This document shows, piece after piece, positions 51,359-63,430 of a stretch of 64,000 bases of DNA; within the stretch, counting starts at the first letter, position 1; every line of letters starts with the position of its first letter. The stretch is from Macrostomum lignano (taxonomy: Eukaryota). The notes beneath the pieces are model-generated. The model worked only from the letters and a program-made list of their open reading frames with translations, had not been told where the DNA came from and made no database searches. A program made the position numbers and the translations under genes. The DNA lies in contig NIVC01000013.1 in NCBI GenBank assembly GCA_002269645.1, forward strand, positions 1,178,001-1,242,000, in the 5' to 3' direction.

Positions 51359-54300
51359 TATCCATCATGCAAGAAGAGCCCCTTTTGGCAGTTTGAAGCA
51401 CTGGCAGACCTCGAACCTTGGGCCAAGAACAGGAAGACCTTAGAGAAGAAGAGTGCATACTGCATCAGCTTGAGCAAAGACTCACGAATGGAATTTCTAA
51501 CTGATGATGACATTGACAGCGATTTTGACTATTGACAAATCAATGCAATTGTTCAATTGCTCACTTGATCACTTATTTACCATGATAGTTTTATGCATAA
51601 GTTCGGCTTATAAAATGTAGGGTTACTAATGTGAAAATTTTAGGGAACAAATTAAAGTATATTCAAAAAGCAAGGGCAGCTATGAGAAATGACAAATATA
51701 TGAAAAACTACAAATGACCTGTTAATATTAACAGCAAAAAAATTACTGCATGCTTATTATTACTAAAATATTATATGCTTATAGGAAAATGAGCTGAAGC
51801 TACAAATATTTTTGTTTAAACAAAATAGCCATTATATATGTAAAAATTTTTATAATACTAATATTACAACATTGTACATGACACTCTAGGCCTAAATTCA
51901 ATCAAATCAAAGCTATAAATGTTTAACTTTTTTTTCTAAAAGCTAGGCTTATTATCCTAAAATGAATTTAATGTGAAATTAAAAACAATATATAAAGTTT
52001 TATTTGTTTTTAAATTAAAATCCATATGAAATCCAAAATATAAAATCTGTTACTATGGTGCAAGACCAAGATGGCCACACACCAAGATGGCCACAGCCAC
52101 AACATTAAATCTCTATTATATCTGCTTTCTCTCTAATAATAATTAGCAACTTAATCCTGTTGAACTTTTCACCAAGAATTTTTTCCGGAATTTTGTGATC
52201 CGGGCCTGATTTTTAATTGATTTCTGGATAAAGGCCCGGATCAGCTTTTTTGGCCCAGAACAGCCCTTTTATCTAGAAAAAGATCTGGAAGTATGATCTG
52301 GTAAAATTTTGGGAAAAGGAAAGCTGTTCTGGTTGGATTTTCCGGAATTTTTCACCTGAAACACTATGGAATTCTGGGATCAGCTGCTCCCTTGACCTGA
52401 ATTTCAGCCAAGTTCTGGGCGAAGCTGATCCGGGAAAACTTCCGGGAAGTTTCGGGAAAATGATTCCGGGAAAATGATCCGGAAAATTCACCGAGATCAG
52501 CTCCCTTGACCCGAATTTCAGCCAAGTTCCAGGCAAAGCTGATCCAGGAAAATTTTGGGACTTGAGTTGAAATCAATCAGGCATCCATTACAAGTTTACC
52601 ATGGGGATTTTGAGAAGAAGCCTCCAATGGAAAACTGCTGAATACAGACCCTAGCAAATGGTTATCCCATCAGGCAATCCCTGGTATCTGTTTGGTCAGC
52701 GGTGCTAATTCCTCTTGGAAAGCGAGGGTTAATAAAGCCTTGCTTTTGTTGCGACAACTTATCTGCTTTACGTTAATACTGTAGTGTCCATAATGTGAGG
52801 CTGAGCTCATCCTTTATACAGGTGACAATTGATCAAAAAATTGTTGCGCCCTGTTTGTGTGCAAGAGGTTTGACTTCCACTGGCATGTAGTCTATCACAG
52901 CTGCTTAGTGTGTCAACAGGCTAAATGATTCTATTGTCATATTTGATGCTTAGAAGCATGAGTCAGCCAACCATATTGTTTGGCATAGCTAGGTGTCTAG
53001 ACGGAGACTGTAGCATAGTTCCAAATAGCTCTAACTGGCCCAATATGCAAAGCAGCTTCACTATTAAGATAGATGCTAATACAATTTATTTTGGTACATG
53101 CTCCAATGGTTTGTCTAAGGCGTTTGCAGTTGCACTAGCCATGAGCAGATCAAGTCTAGAGTAGTCTATATGGCCTACTAGGGTCAATAACCATATCACG
53201 TGGCTCAAGGCAGCTGCTAAGCTGACATGCGATGGATAATCAATCCTTGCTTCTGTTGTGACTCAAGGCAGCTGCTAAGCTGACCTGCAATGGATAATCA
53301 TTTTTGCTTCTGTTGTGGCTCAAGGCAGCTGCTAAGCTGACATGCAATTTGAAAATACAAATGAATTATACACTTCAGTATTGGCGCACTGACTTTTTTC
53401 TTTCTTATTTCCATTTTCGAAACTTTTGGGTAGTATGTGTGCCCTAAGCGACAACCTTATAATCTAGACTTGAGTATCTTCTCGTTTCTGCTTTGTTCTT
53501 CGCTTTCTTGACAGATTGTGCAAGATATGCCAAGATGGTCTTCTAGCACAATGAATTGCTTTAGTGTCTTGACAGGTCTTTTCAAGACCTTACAAAAGGG
53601 GGAAGCAAAATGTCGAGATTGAACAGTTTAAAATTTTATACGCGACTGCAAAGGCATATTTACTGTAAATTATAATGCTGGCGTGTGAAATAGCTTATTT
53701 AGGCTGATATTGCTATGCGCACAATTTCTAAGATGGTTGATCTTAACAGATCATACAAGTTCTTACAATTTCTTAATCAAGTTGAATAGCATATGCTCCA
53801 CATCAATATATAAGTTTAAGAGTCCTTCCAAAACTTGGCTTATTTTAATTATTATTATAATGTTCACCTTGGGAATGGCCAGAGACCAATGACACCAAAA
53901 CATATATTAATTAAATGCGCATTAAATTTTAACTAAATAGGGAAATAGCAAATGCACCAAACTAAAGCAATTATTGTAACAGCAATGCAACCTATTTAGA
54001 TCAATATATTGTGCGGGGAACTCTACAGCACGCAGGAATCAAATTTTAAATTTTTTTTATGGGTTTTATAATGAGTGTTTGCATTTCAAACAAATATATG
54101 ACGCAGCGATTAAAATAGGCAGTAAATGCAAAGCAGACAAACACAATAAAAATTTGCAAGGTGTTTATTATTTTTAAAATTATTATGAATTTTATATTCC
54201 TATTGTATGAAAACGTATTTCAAAATTTGTTGCGCTCACCAAGTTAGTTATGCAGCTTGGTGCTCAATATCTTGTATACATTTAATATATTGCTGATTTA

Positions 54301-55129
54301 ATCACCCATTATTATAATTAGATACTCACTTTACTATATATTTATTTAATTTTTTATCACAGAATAAAATCATAATCGCGTCAGGCTCAGGCGCAATGAG
54401 TGCACTGAAGTGCACAGGTGTACAGCCACTCTCTGTCAGCCAACTGGAAAAGATTAAGAGCACCTATAGGGTGCTGTGGTATAACAGCACTCAGACATTT
54501 TCCGAAGTTCTGCAGCTTTCCAGCAGCCACTTTAAATCATATATGCCAATAATAAGGCTAGGATGGAAAACGGTTTAAGCAGTTTTAAGTGTGATAAACT
54601 ATGATCTGCATAGGGCCATAGCTAATGTTAATTTTCACTGTGCTTTTCACTAATATTATGTATCATAATAACGTCTATATTTATTGTGACTATGTTGAAT
54701 TATTATATATAATACAGTAGTGGCTATAAGTGAAACCCCAATTGATAATCACAATAATTTCATTTTTATCTAAAAAAAACCTAAGGCTTCACTTAGCACT
54801 GCTGTCACAGTGTCATTGCAGGAACAAACACAACACAAATTAACGTGTGTGCAATAGAGAAATCCCCAAAAATCTAATATCCTTTTGTAGGGGATAGCAA
54901 AAAGGGGATTTATTGAATTTTGTTGTAAATCAATGCTTGCTATAGCAATAATATTATCCAAAAAATATATATGCTTTAAGCTGCAGCTGATATGTTCAAT
55001 TGGAGATTTGGGGTGAAAGAAACAGAGTTGATGAAGGATTTGGAAAATTAGGAAGGGATTTTCTGAAAATTTTGTCAAAATTTTATACACATTTTTGTCT
55101 CAATTTAGTGAAAAAAATTACAAAATAGC

Positions 55130-55600
55130 CATAGTCAGGAAGGTGGCCTTTACGCCGGAATTTTCCAGCATAATTTTGCACTTGCTGACAATCTTGGCGT
55201 ACATTTGGCATATAGAATTTTCAGGTTCAACATGAAGTGTAAACAACCGGTGTACAAGAAATAGAAAAGTTCAGGGCTGTTGCAATTGTGTAGTTAAATA
55301 TCAATCAAATAAAGCTGTTCTGAAAATAAACGGTTAAATAAAATAGAAAATATTAACACAATTTACGAGAAAAACAAAATTCAAAAAAACAAACTTACAA
55401 AGAATATCAGTTTTTAGAAACATTTAGCCGTTTCAAAGTTAAATAAAATTGTTACATTTTTAAAAACACAAATTCTTTAAAAACTTGGCATATAAACAAC
55501 TTTAGGCTTGGCATGAAAAAAAGTTAAACTTTACGCCAGCGTAAAATTAAAAAGACACAAATTTTTGTTCCGGCATACGCCTGCCATGATCCAGACTATG
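55130..55600. mobile_element. 470-bp MITE nested in the inner element
   Basis: Imperfect TIR of about 35 bp (catagtcaggaaggtggc...gccggaa versus ttccggc...gccatgatccagactatg), with GC on both flanks. Confidence 0.5.
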
Positions 55601-56698
55601 GCAAAACAGTAAGCAATTTTTTCTTCCAAATATAATCTAGCTAATTGTTGTATAGAATAACACTAGCATCATATTTTTATATCTAGTACATAGTAAAAAG
55701 TCTCCATTTATAAAAAGGCAATAATATGCACTTGGCAATTGCAGGAAAAATCTTTTTTTCAATTCCAATTGTGCTAGATTTTTTTCTAGTGATGAATATT
55801 AGCTACTCTATTTAACTATCTATCTATTGCTTTATGCAGTTTTCATGAAAACTTTTCACTTTTATTGAATTTTTATCTGTAAACACCGGTATCAATTAAT
55901 GAAAAATTGTGTTAAAACATTTTTTAACAAAATAATTTGTACTGAAAAATGTTATATTTTTTTAACATAGCTCCTTTTGCCTATATTTGCTAGATAAATA
56001 CAACTTTGTATGAATTTTAGGCTACACTATGTTTTTTTGCACTACATTATATGTGATTGTAGCTATATGCATAACTTTTTATTAATTTATAGCAAGGCTA
56101 TTTCTTCCAATTTTTTCAAGCATATAAATGTTATAGATTTTCTGTAAAGTTTAACTATAAAGTTTTTAGCTTGATTGAAATTCAAATTATTAGATTTTAA
56201 TAAATCAAATATTAGGCTAATGTTTTGTTTATTATTTCAATATGAAAAATAATACACTATGAGTTTTTATATACTGTCAAAGTATATGCATACATAGTAT
56301 ACCATTAAAGTATTTCAGCTTATTTATTCATTGTCTTGTCACAAATTTGCATCATATTTTAATCATGTTAAATTGTTTGCATAATAAGATTAAGTTATAT
56401 GCTAAGTAAGCATCAAATCAGTTAATTTGGAACAATAATATAATTAGATTTAATGAGGTAAGGTTATTTTAAATGTTGTTTAGTTAGTGAACAAATTTTG
56501 CAATCCACAAATGTTATGCAGTCAAAGTAGGTCAAATATCAATCTTTCAACTGTAAACTTGAATTAATTTAATATACAATTTGTCTGTTTGGTATAACAG
56601 TTTATCTTATTCTTTAAACCATTACTAGGGTTCTACAATCTTCATTCACGAAAAAGGCCAAAAGCACATGGCTATTGTTCTATGCCTCGGGGACCTAA

Positions 56699-57037
56699 TC
56701 TGCCCGCCGAGGCGAGTCTGTCAGCTACATGTGCAAGTTTGCTTCTGGCGCAACAATTGGTTTGCAGTTTGGCAAGATTTTGGGCTTCGACCTGGTGGCT
56801 CAACAGGTGCGCATTGCCGTGTTTTAGCATGTGGCACCTTTGCAAACGCATTTTTTCCCTGACTTTATGGAGCTTTCCGATGTGAACACATTCGTCACCA
56901 GGGCTGCCAACAAATCAGACCTACCGACTGCGCAAGTAGCCCTTACAGACATTCGCTGCAAATGCTTCTTCATTCCCATCCCAGCATCTGACCATTTTGC
57001 CATGATTCCCATCACCACCGCCTTCGAGCACAATTAG
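56699..57037 (+). pseudogene. C-terminal remnant of an animal EnSpm-type transposase
   Basis: SYMCKF...LQFGKILGF, an in-frame TAG at 56825, then ...VALTDIRCKCFFIP...FAMIPITTAFEHN*. The pattern matches CMC transposase C-termini as I recall them; not searched. Confidence 0.55.
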
Positions 57038-57981
57038 CGCGTATCCATTGCATTATGTCTTATGTCTCGCCAATTTTGTCTTCACTGTCCACCCCATTGT
57101 CTCAAAGTTCATCGTTAATCATTCTTATCACTCATCTTCAGTGCTTGTCACCCTATACTGTTAACTTATTGCTCATCTTTATTGTTCCATTGCTCGTACC
57201 CCCATTGCTCATTCTTATTTCCCTTTTGCTCACAGCTCCAATTATTGTCCTATTGCTTATCCCTACTGCTCATCATTGTTTGTCTGTCTGTCTGCCCCGT
57301 CATGTCTGTTGCGCTTTTTTATACAATGCACTTACCCAGCATTTTAAAGTGTAAGAATTGGAGTTCATGAGATATATAGTCAGCGCTATAAATAAAATTG
57401 GGCCTTATTGATTTCTTATCCACATAATGGCAAATATGAATTAATTGTTTGTCTTTTTCAGCTGAGCAAGAGCTTGGGAGCAGGACCTGTGACCGCGCGT
57501 TACAGTCCAGAAGTGCGGGTTAAAGTAATAATACTGCATACATATCTTACAAGATCTGTTTTTAACTTGCGATTCTGGCAATGATCTTGGCACGTTTCTT
57601 AACAGATCGTAGCAGATCGACCAAGATCCATGAAAATATTTCTCAAGATCTTGCAGGAACTTATAAGAAAAAGGTTGTATAAGAATTTTCAAGTTAACTT
57701 AAGGCTTGTCGATTAGGGTGATCATTGTTATGTATTGAAGGTAACCTCGTAAACTGTTGAGTATTAGGTGCAGCAGAAATTTTAAAACTGTTCACTAAAA
57801 GTGCAGCTAGAACCCAAAGTTGATTGAATGATATATTTTTTGCATCAGTATAAACATATGTGCAGTAAGGAAAAATGATACCTTGATAGCATCAAAGTAG
57901 CCATTAATACCCTGGTTACGTCCTATACAGTTCAAACTGACTGCTATTTATAGAAGTGAATATCACATCCCTTTCAGCACA

Positions 57982-59655
57982 ATGGATTGCAACGAATTCT
58001 CTGTGCTGTCCAATGAAAAGAAACAGAAAATAGTTGATGTGCTAGCTACTCTCTGGGCCTTCCTGCTGTACCTCACACATTGGTGCCGTCCAGCACCTTG
58101 GGTGTGCATCGAGTCTATATTGACATTGTACCGACGGCTATTAGGTGCTGAAATTCCTCTTGTTGACCTTGGATGTAACAGTGTTGGAAAACTTGTATAT
58201 CAGTATAGCCAGAGAATCGCCACAGACAGCGTGTGGCTTTGGCTCATGGATCCCATGCCCAGATTTGCCGTAAATAGATAGCCCAATTTGCCAGGCAGGG
58301 CCAATCCCAGCACCACGGCACAACCAAAAGTGGTCAAAGTTGGCGTACATAGTCGATCATGTTTGCCAGGCAGGGCCAATCCTGGTGTCGCGGCACAACC
58401 AACAGTGGCTGAAGTTGGCGTACATAGTGGGCCAAATTTGCCAGGCAGGGCCAATCCCGGCATTGCGGCACAACCGACAGTGGCCGAAGTCGGCTGGTTG
58501 CTCACGCCAGACGCTAATGTCAACGCCATCCTGAAGCACTGGCAGTGGTACATAACATGCTTGCATGAATTGCCACTAAAAAAGCCACTGCATCAGTCGC
58601 CTGTCAACTCTGGACTGGAACAATGCATCACTGCAAAGCCATCAAAACACTCTGCTACGCAGTTGGCTGTTGAAAACAATAAGCACAAGGTGGCAGCTTC
58701 CAGCCGCAATGCCATCATCACTCTGCAGAAATGGCCCCTGCCAATGCTTTGCGACGTCATGGGTCTCCTCATGACTGCCATAGAAAGCCCAATGGACATT
58801 TATACGGGCTTTCTATGGCAGGACGAACAGGACAGAGAGGAGGACGGAGAGGAGGTCGAGGATGCAGAGGATGACTTGTGCAACTTCAGCATGGTACCTG
58901 CTGCTGACTTGTGCAACGTCAGAATGGCACTTGCTGCTATGCTAGAGCGGCTGGTTGTCATCCAAGTCGGCTTACGAGATATGATTAGGTGTGGCTATGG
59001 CCTTAACTTTAACTGCTGCTTCCACCTGCTCAGATCTTGGGCTCGGCAGCTAGGCATGGGCCTGCATTTGCCACAAAAAGCAGGAATAGAAAAACCCACC
59101 ACTATGGGCACGTAGCCCTTGGCCAACCGAGCCGACGCTCTGCTAGTGCTACTCCATCAGGAGGCAGGCAGATTTGATGTGGCCTATCAATGCAGAAAAG
59201 GCTGGAGAGATCTCATTGGCTTCCTGCTACAAATGCTGATGAAGGAGGGCATCCCCTGTTGCTGTTGCTATTGCACAACAGATAATGTCGCTGTGGCCAT
59301 TGTGGGTGTAGAGGCAAGGTACTGCAGCTTTGATGCACCAGTAGTGCTCTCAATCTGCCATGAGATGGCACAATTAATGGTCCGCTACCCAGCACTACTG
59401 GCATTGCCTAGCTCAGGCCTTACCTCGCAAGGGCTTCTTTTTGACCCTGATGAGCCAATTCCCACCACTGTGGCCAGTGTTGCGAGCAGTATGGCCAGCG
59501 TTGAACTGCCGCCGGATTCCAGCACGGTTCCGCCAACAGCAGCCACTACTTCCGCCACCGTGGCCGGCATTGTAGACAACGAGTATTATCTACGCTCTCG
59601 TTACCATAGATATAGCTTGGGTATAGGCAGCCAGCATAATAAAATGTTAAAGTGA
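57982..59655 (+). pseudogene. 557-codon frame with N-terminal LOTUS/OST-HTH-like domain and two in-frame TAG stops
   Basis: Track ORFs 57982-58281, 58288-59115 and 59119-59655 share one frame. Acceptor ctttcag lies 4 nt before the ATG. WVCIESILTLYRRLLGAEIPLVDLGCNSVGKLV fits the LOTUS consensus. Confidence 0.6.
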
Positions 59656-60140
59656 AGAAAGTTTTAACAGTGCTACTACTATCCTAACGCTGACATCCAG
59701 TTTCTGACAAATTAATCTGGGGTGAATCTTATTGATGCTACTAGTTTCATACAGGGTTAATTGGGCTTATGGGACTAATTAGTCTTACTAATCTTACTAA
59801 TTTATTAATAAATGTCACGCAGGATTTGAGAATTTCTTTGAATTGGGGAACACCATGCGAGCAAGGATAGCAAAGGCAGAATTCCTTAAAATGAGGAACT
59901 GTAACTTAGTTTTTTTTTAGCAGAGATGCTCAACAGATGCCAAGTACTCACTAACTCAACTCAATAGGTTCTTCCCATGTATTTTTCCTATACTTATGAG
60001 TCCAGACCCATTTATACCTACCTTTATATGAGTCTTCCACTTATCTGGTGCATTTACCTTTTTCATGTGTACCACTTTTGTGTGACTAATACCCTATTCA
60101 TGCCTTATTCATGTCGTACGAATTTATAAACACTTTAGAT

Positions 60141-60435
60141 CAGATGTCGGCAAACTTTATTACCTCAAGGGCCAGATAAGGGATCTAGCTTATGGCTGCG
60201 GGCCAGGTGAGAGAGACAGTAAGATGCAGTAGAAAATGAAAAATGAGAGGGCAGAGGATGGGATGAGAAAAGAAATGAGATAAGATAAGAAGAGAGTGGG
60301 GATAGAGGGACAAGATGAGCAGAGAATAGGGAATAAAGGAGAGGGGAGAGGATACAAGAGAGGAGACAAGAGAAAGAGAGCTGAGAAGACAAACCCTGAG
60401 CAGGCTGGATTGCAATGGTGAAGTGCCAACCCCTG
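60141..60435 (+). mobile_element. hAT-Charlie-like MITE with GA-rich core, nested in the outer CACTA element
   Basis: Ends cagatgtcggcaaacttt...aagggccagat and ...tgccaacccctg. Flanks ctttagat and gtttaaat match 6/8 as an 8-bp TSD. Confidence 0.7.
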
Positions 60436-61046
60436 GTTTAAATGACAATGGGTAACATTCTTTTGTGGTGTCCTTATCTTTTATTCTCCATGTCGTTCCA
60501 CCTTTCTGGTGCATTTACTGTTTTTGTCTTGTGTACCTCTTTTGCGTGACGTCAAATATACGTAACAACTTGCTACTCTATTTGAGGCAGAATTACACCT
60601 CCCCTTTTTCAGTAAATCTATACTTTCTTGCCATTTGCTTGGACTTGTGTGCCGATCCAGTTCACTCGCCCGGAATTTAGCCCAGATTTGTGTGCTTATC
60701 TGGTTCACTCCCCCAGAATTATGTGCTGATCCGGTTCATTTGCCTGGAATTTAGCCTGGATTTGTGTGCTGATCAAGTTCAGTTGCACGGAATTCACCTA
60801 GAGCTGTCACCAGAATTTTTTTAGAGATCCGGGTCTATTTTCCAGAATTTTTCTTTTTGATCTAGAAATTTTGCCCGGATTCTATAAACTTTTGTTACAG
60901 ATCTAGAATTTCCACTGGGATCTAATTGTATTACTGGAATAGGGAAAAACTCCAGATGAATGCAAAAAATTCGGGCAAAATTCCAGGTGAAAAGTTCAAT
61001 GGGATAGCTATTGTTTTATTATCGTACACTATTTTGTTTTAATCAA

Positions 61047-61700
61047 TCTCTAACTATAAAAATCAAAACTCTGTCTGTCTGTCTGTGGACAAATTACTTC
61101 GCTATGGACTCCCAAACCGCTCAACCAAATTACACCAAACTTTACACCCACCCTAAACTTACTACGGAGAATGTCTTAGGCTACCTTTAAATTTCCTAGA
61201 CTCAAGTCTTCCTACCTAAAAGTACAAAAAACTGCTCAAAATGCGCGATTTTTTCACTTAATCCTCCATAGCGCCGCTCCACTTCTACCGATTCTCTTCA
61301 AATTTGACACAGATAATCTTTAACTATTTTGGCACAATCATGTAAAATTTCGAGTCTCAAAGTTAATCCTGAGCGGTGCTGTGCACTTTTAAAGTTAGGC
61401 TGTTTTTTTCAGCGTAGCAACCACCCCAACCTCCGCCCGCCTGCCTCTCTTTCCCGATACCGATCTGGGCCCAGATGTGTAAAAGGGTTTCAAAATTGAC
61501 TAACTTTCAACTGTCATAAGTTTGCTCCACGTAAAGCGATTGACTTCAAACTTGACACAATTCTTCATTGACCCATTCTCTATCTAAATGTAAAGTTTCA
61601 ACTCTGTAACTCAACCGAAAAAGAAACTGTAAGCATGTGAAGTTTGTCTGCTTTTTCTGTTGTTTGTGCCACTCACTCACTCATTCCCCCAGAGCCAGAC
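61047..61700 (+). mobile_element. Possible non-autonomous Helitron/Helentron-like fragment
   Basis: tc...ctataaaaatcaaaactctgtctgtctgtctgt start and repeated caaatttgacac-like motifs. 3' end not identified. Confidence 0.35.
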
Positions 61701-62208
61701 GAAGGGTCAGGCGATAGGGCTCAATGTACATAGCGAATGTACAGTGTTTTGGAATAACTTTTTAATAGCCTTCTCTGTACCCCCGCGAGTGGAGAGGCTA
61801 CGTTTAGCCATAACAGTTTAGTGAGAAATTCTAACCACTGCTCTCCCCTCTGTATAGGCAAACTCTGCAGCAGTTTAACAGTGGATGGCAATTGGCAAAT
61901 CGAGGCAATCCAGCATGGTTTGTAAAAGCGAAATATTTATGAAAAGGCGATGCGATGCAATGAAATACAACCCTACTAAATTAGGCACACCATGGAAATT
62001 TTAAGTTTCTCTTAAAGTTTCTCTTAAACTTTGAAATTTAAATGGCCTAAGAAATGCGTATTTCCTTGGTTGTTAGACTGATGCAGACTGCAGTGGAGCT
62101 GAAGATACACAAATTCCTTTCAGGGCTGCAAATTGGCAAGAAAGATGACGTGATCAAAGCATGAGAACAACCATGAGAGTACTACGTCCCACAAACTGGC
62201 TTTCCAAG

Positions 62209-62632
62209 CAGGGATGGGCAGACTTTTACCTCAAAGGCCAGATAAAGAATCCAGCTCATAGCTGATGGCAGATGAAAGTGGAAAGAAGAAGGAATAGACG
62301 ATTCGAAGAGAGGAGAAGCGACAGAGGGGATAAAAGAAAAGATAAAAGATAATAGGAGAGATGAGGGAGAGAGGACTATGAGAGGAGAGAGTAGAGAGGA
62401 GCAAGTAAAGAGGAGAGAGTAGAAGAGCGAGTAAAGAGGAGAGAGTAGAGGAGCGAGTAGAGAGGAGAGAGCAGAGATGAGATAGGAGAGTAGAGAGAAC
62501 AGAAGAGAGGTTACAGAGACGAGAGGAGAGAGGAGAGACAAAGGTAGAGAAGTGAGTGAGGAGAAAGGAGAGGAAAGAGGAGAATTGAGAGGGGAGAGAG
62601 TAGAGAGAGGAGGAGAGATAAGAGAGAAAGAC

Positions 62633-62683
<51 letters not shown>

Positions 62684-63430
62684 CAGAGCAGAGAGAAAGC
62701 GCAGAGCAGAGAGAAACGAGAAGAGATAAGAGAGAAAAGATAAAAGAAGAGAAAGGAGAGATGAAAGAGCGGACGAGAGAGAAGAGAGGTGAGGGAAGAG
62801 ACGAGCGACGAGGGGAGAGAGAAGAGATAAAACAAGAAAAGATCGATGAGAGGAAAGAGAGAGAGGAAAGAGGTGAGGGAAGAGATGAGAGAAGAGGGGA
62901 GAGAGGAGAGAGAGGAAAGAGTAGAGAGGAGAGATGAGAGAGTAGAGGAGAGAGTTAGGAGAAGAGAGAAAAGAATAGAGAGGACAAGGAAGAGACGAGA
63001 GAAGAGGGGGAGAGAGGAGAGAGGAGAGGAGGGAGAAAACGAAAAAGTAGAGAGGAGAGGAGAGAGAAAAGAAGAGGGAAGAGATGAGATAAGAGATATG
63101 AAAGAGAATAAAGATGAGGTAATATACGAAAGAAGATGGGAGAGAGAAGAGAGGAGAGGGGAGAGAAAACGAAAGAGTAGATAGGAGAGAGGAGAGCAGA
63201 GAGAAAACGAAAAGTAGAAAGGAGAGAGGAGAGGAGAGAGAAAAGAATAGGGAAGAAATGAGATAAGAGAGATGAAAGAGAAGAGAGATGAGGGAAGATA
63301 CGAGAGAAGAGAAGAGAGAGGAGAGACGAGGGATGAGAGAGAAAAAAGGAAACAGAGAGACGATAGAAATTTCAAAGGATCCAAGGGACGTAGGGAGAGT
63401 CAGGGAGAGGCCAGAGTTTGCCAATACATG
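62209..63430 (+). mobile_element. hAT-Charlie-like MITE with a 1.1-kb expanded GA core
   Basis: Head cagggatgggcagacttttacctcaaaggccagataa is homologous to 60141. Tail ggccagagtttgccaatacatg. Flanks tttccaag and ttttagag match 5/8. Confidence 0.65.

Larger units (their letters stand above)
53442..57718 (+). mobile_element. Inner EnSpm/CACTA-like element nested in the outer one
   Basis: TIRs ccctaagcgacaaccttat (53442) and taaggcttgtcgattaggg (ending 57718), non-palindromic 2-bp TSD TG, caagatc-type subterminal motifs at both ends and a transposase remnant inside. Confidence 0.8.
52156..61003 (+). mobile_element. Outer EnSpm/CACTA(CMC)-like DNA transposon
   Basis: TIRs cctgttgaacttttcacc (52156) and ggtgaaaagttcaatggg (ending 61003), AT dinucleotide on both flanks, and inversely oriented subterminal repeats sharing tttgcctggaa.tt.gc at about 52180-52560 and 60650-60900. 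Confidence 0.8.

Noticed and set aside
57982-59655. TAG reassignment (alternative genetic code) to explain the in-frame stops
   Set aside because: The kinase, the GPI protein and the ARM model in this window end in TAG at sensible positions.
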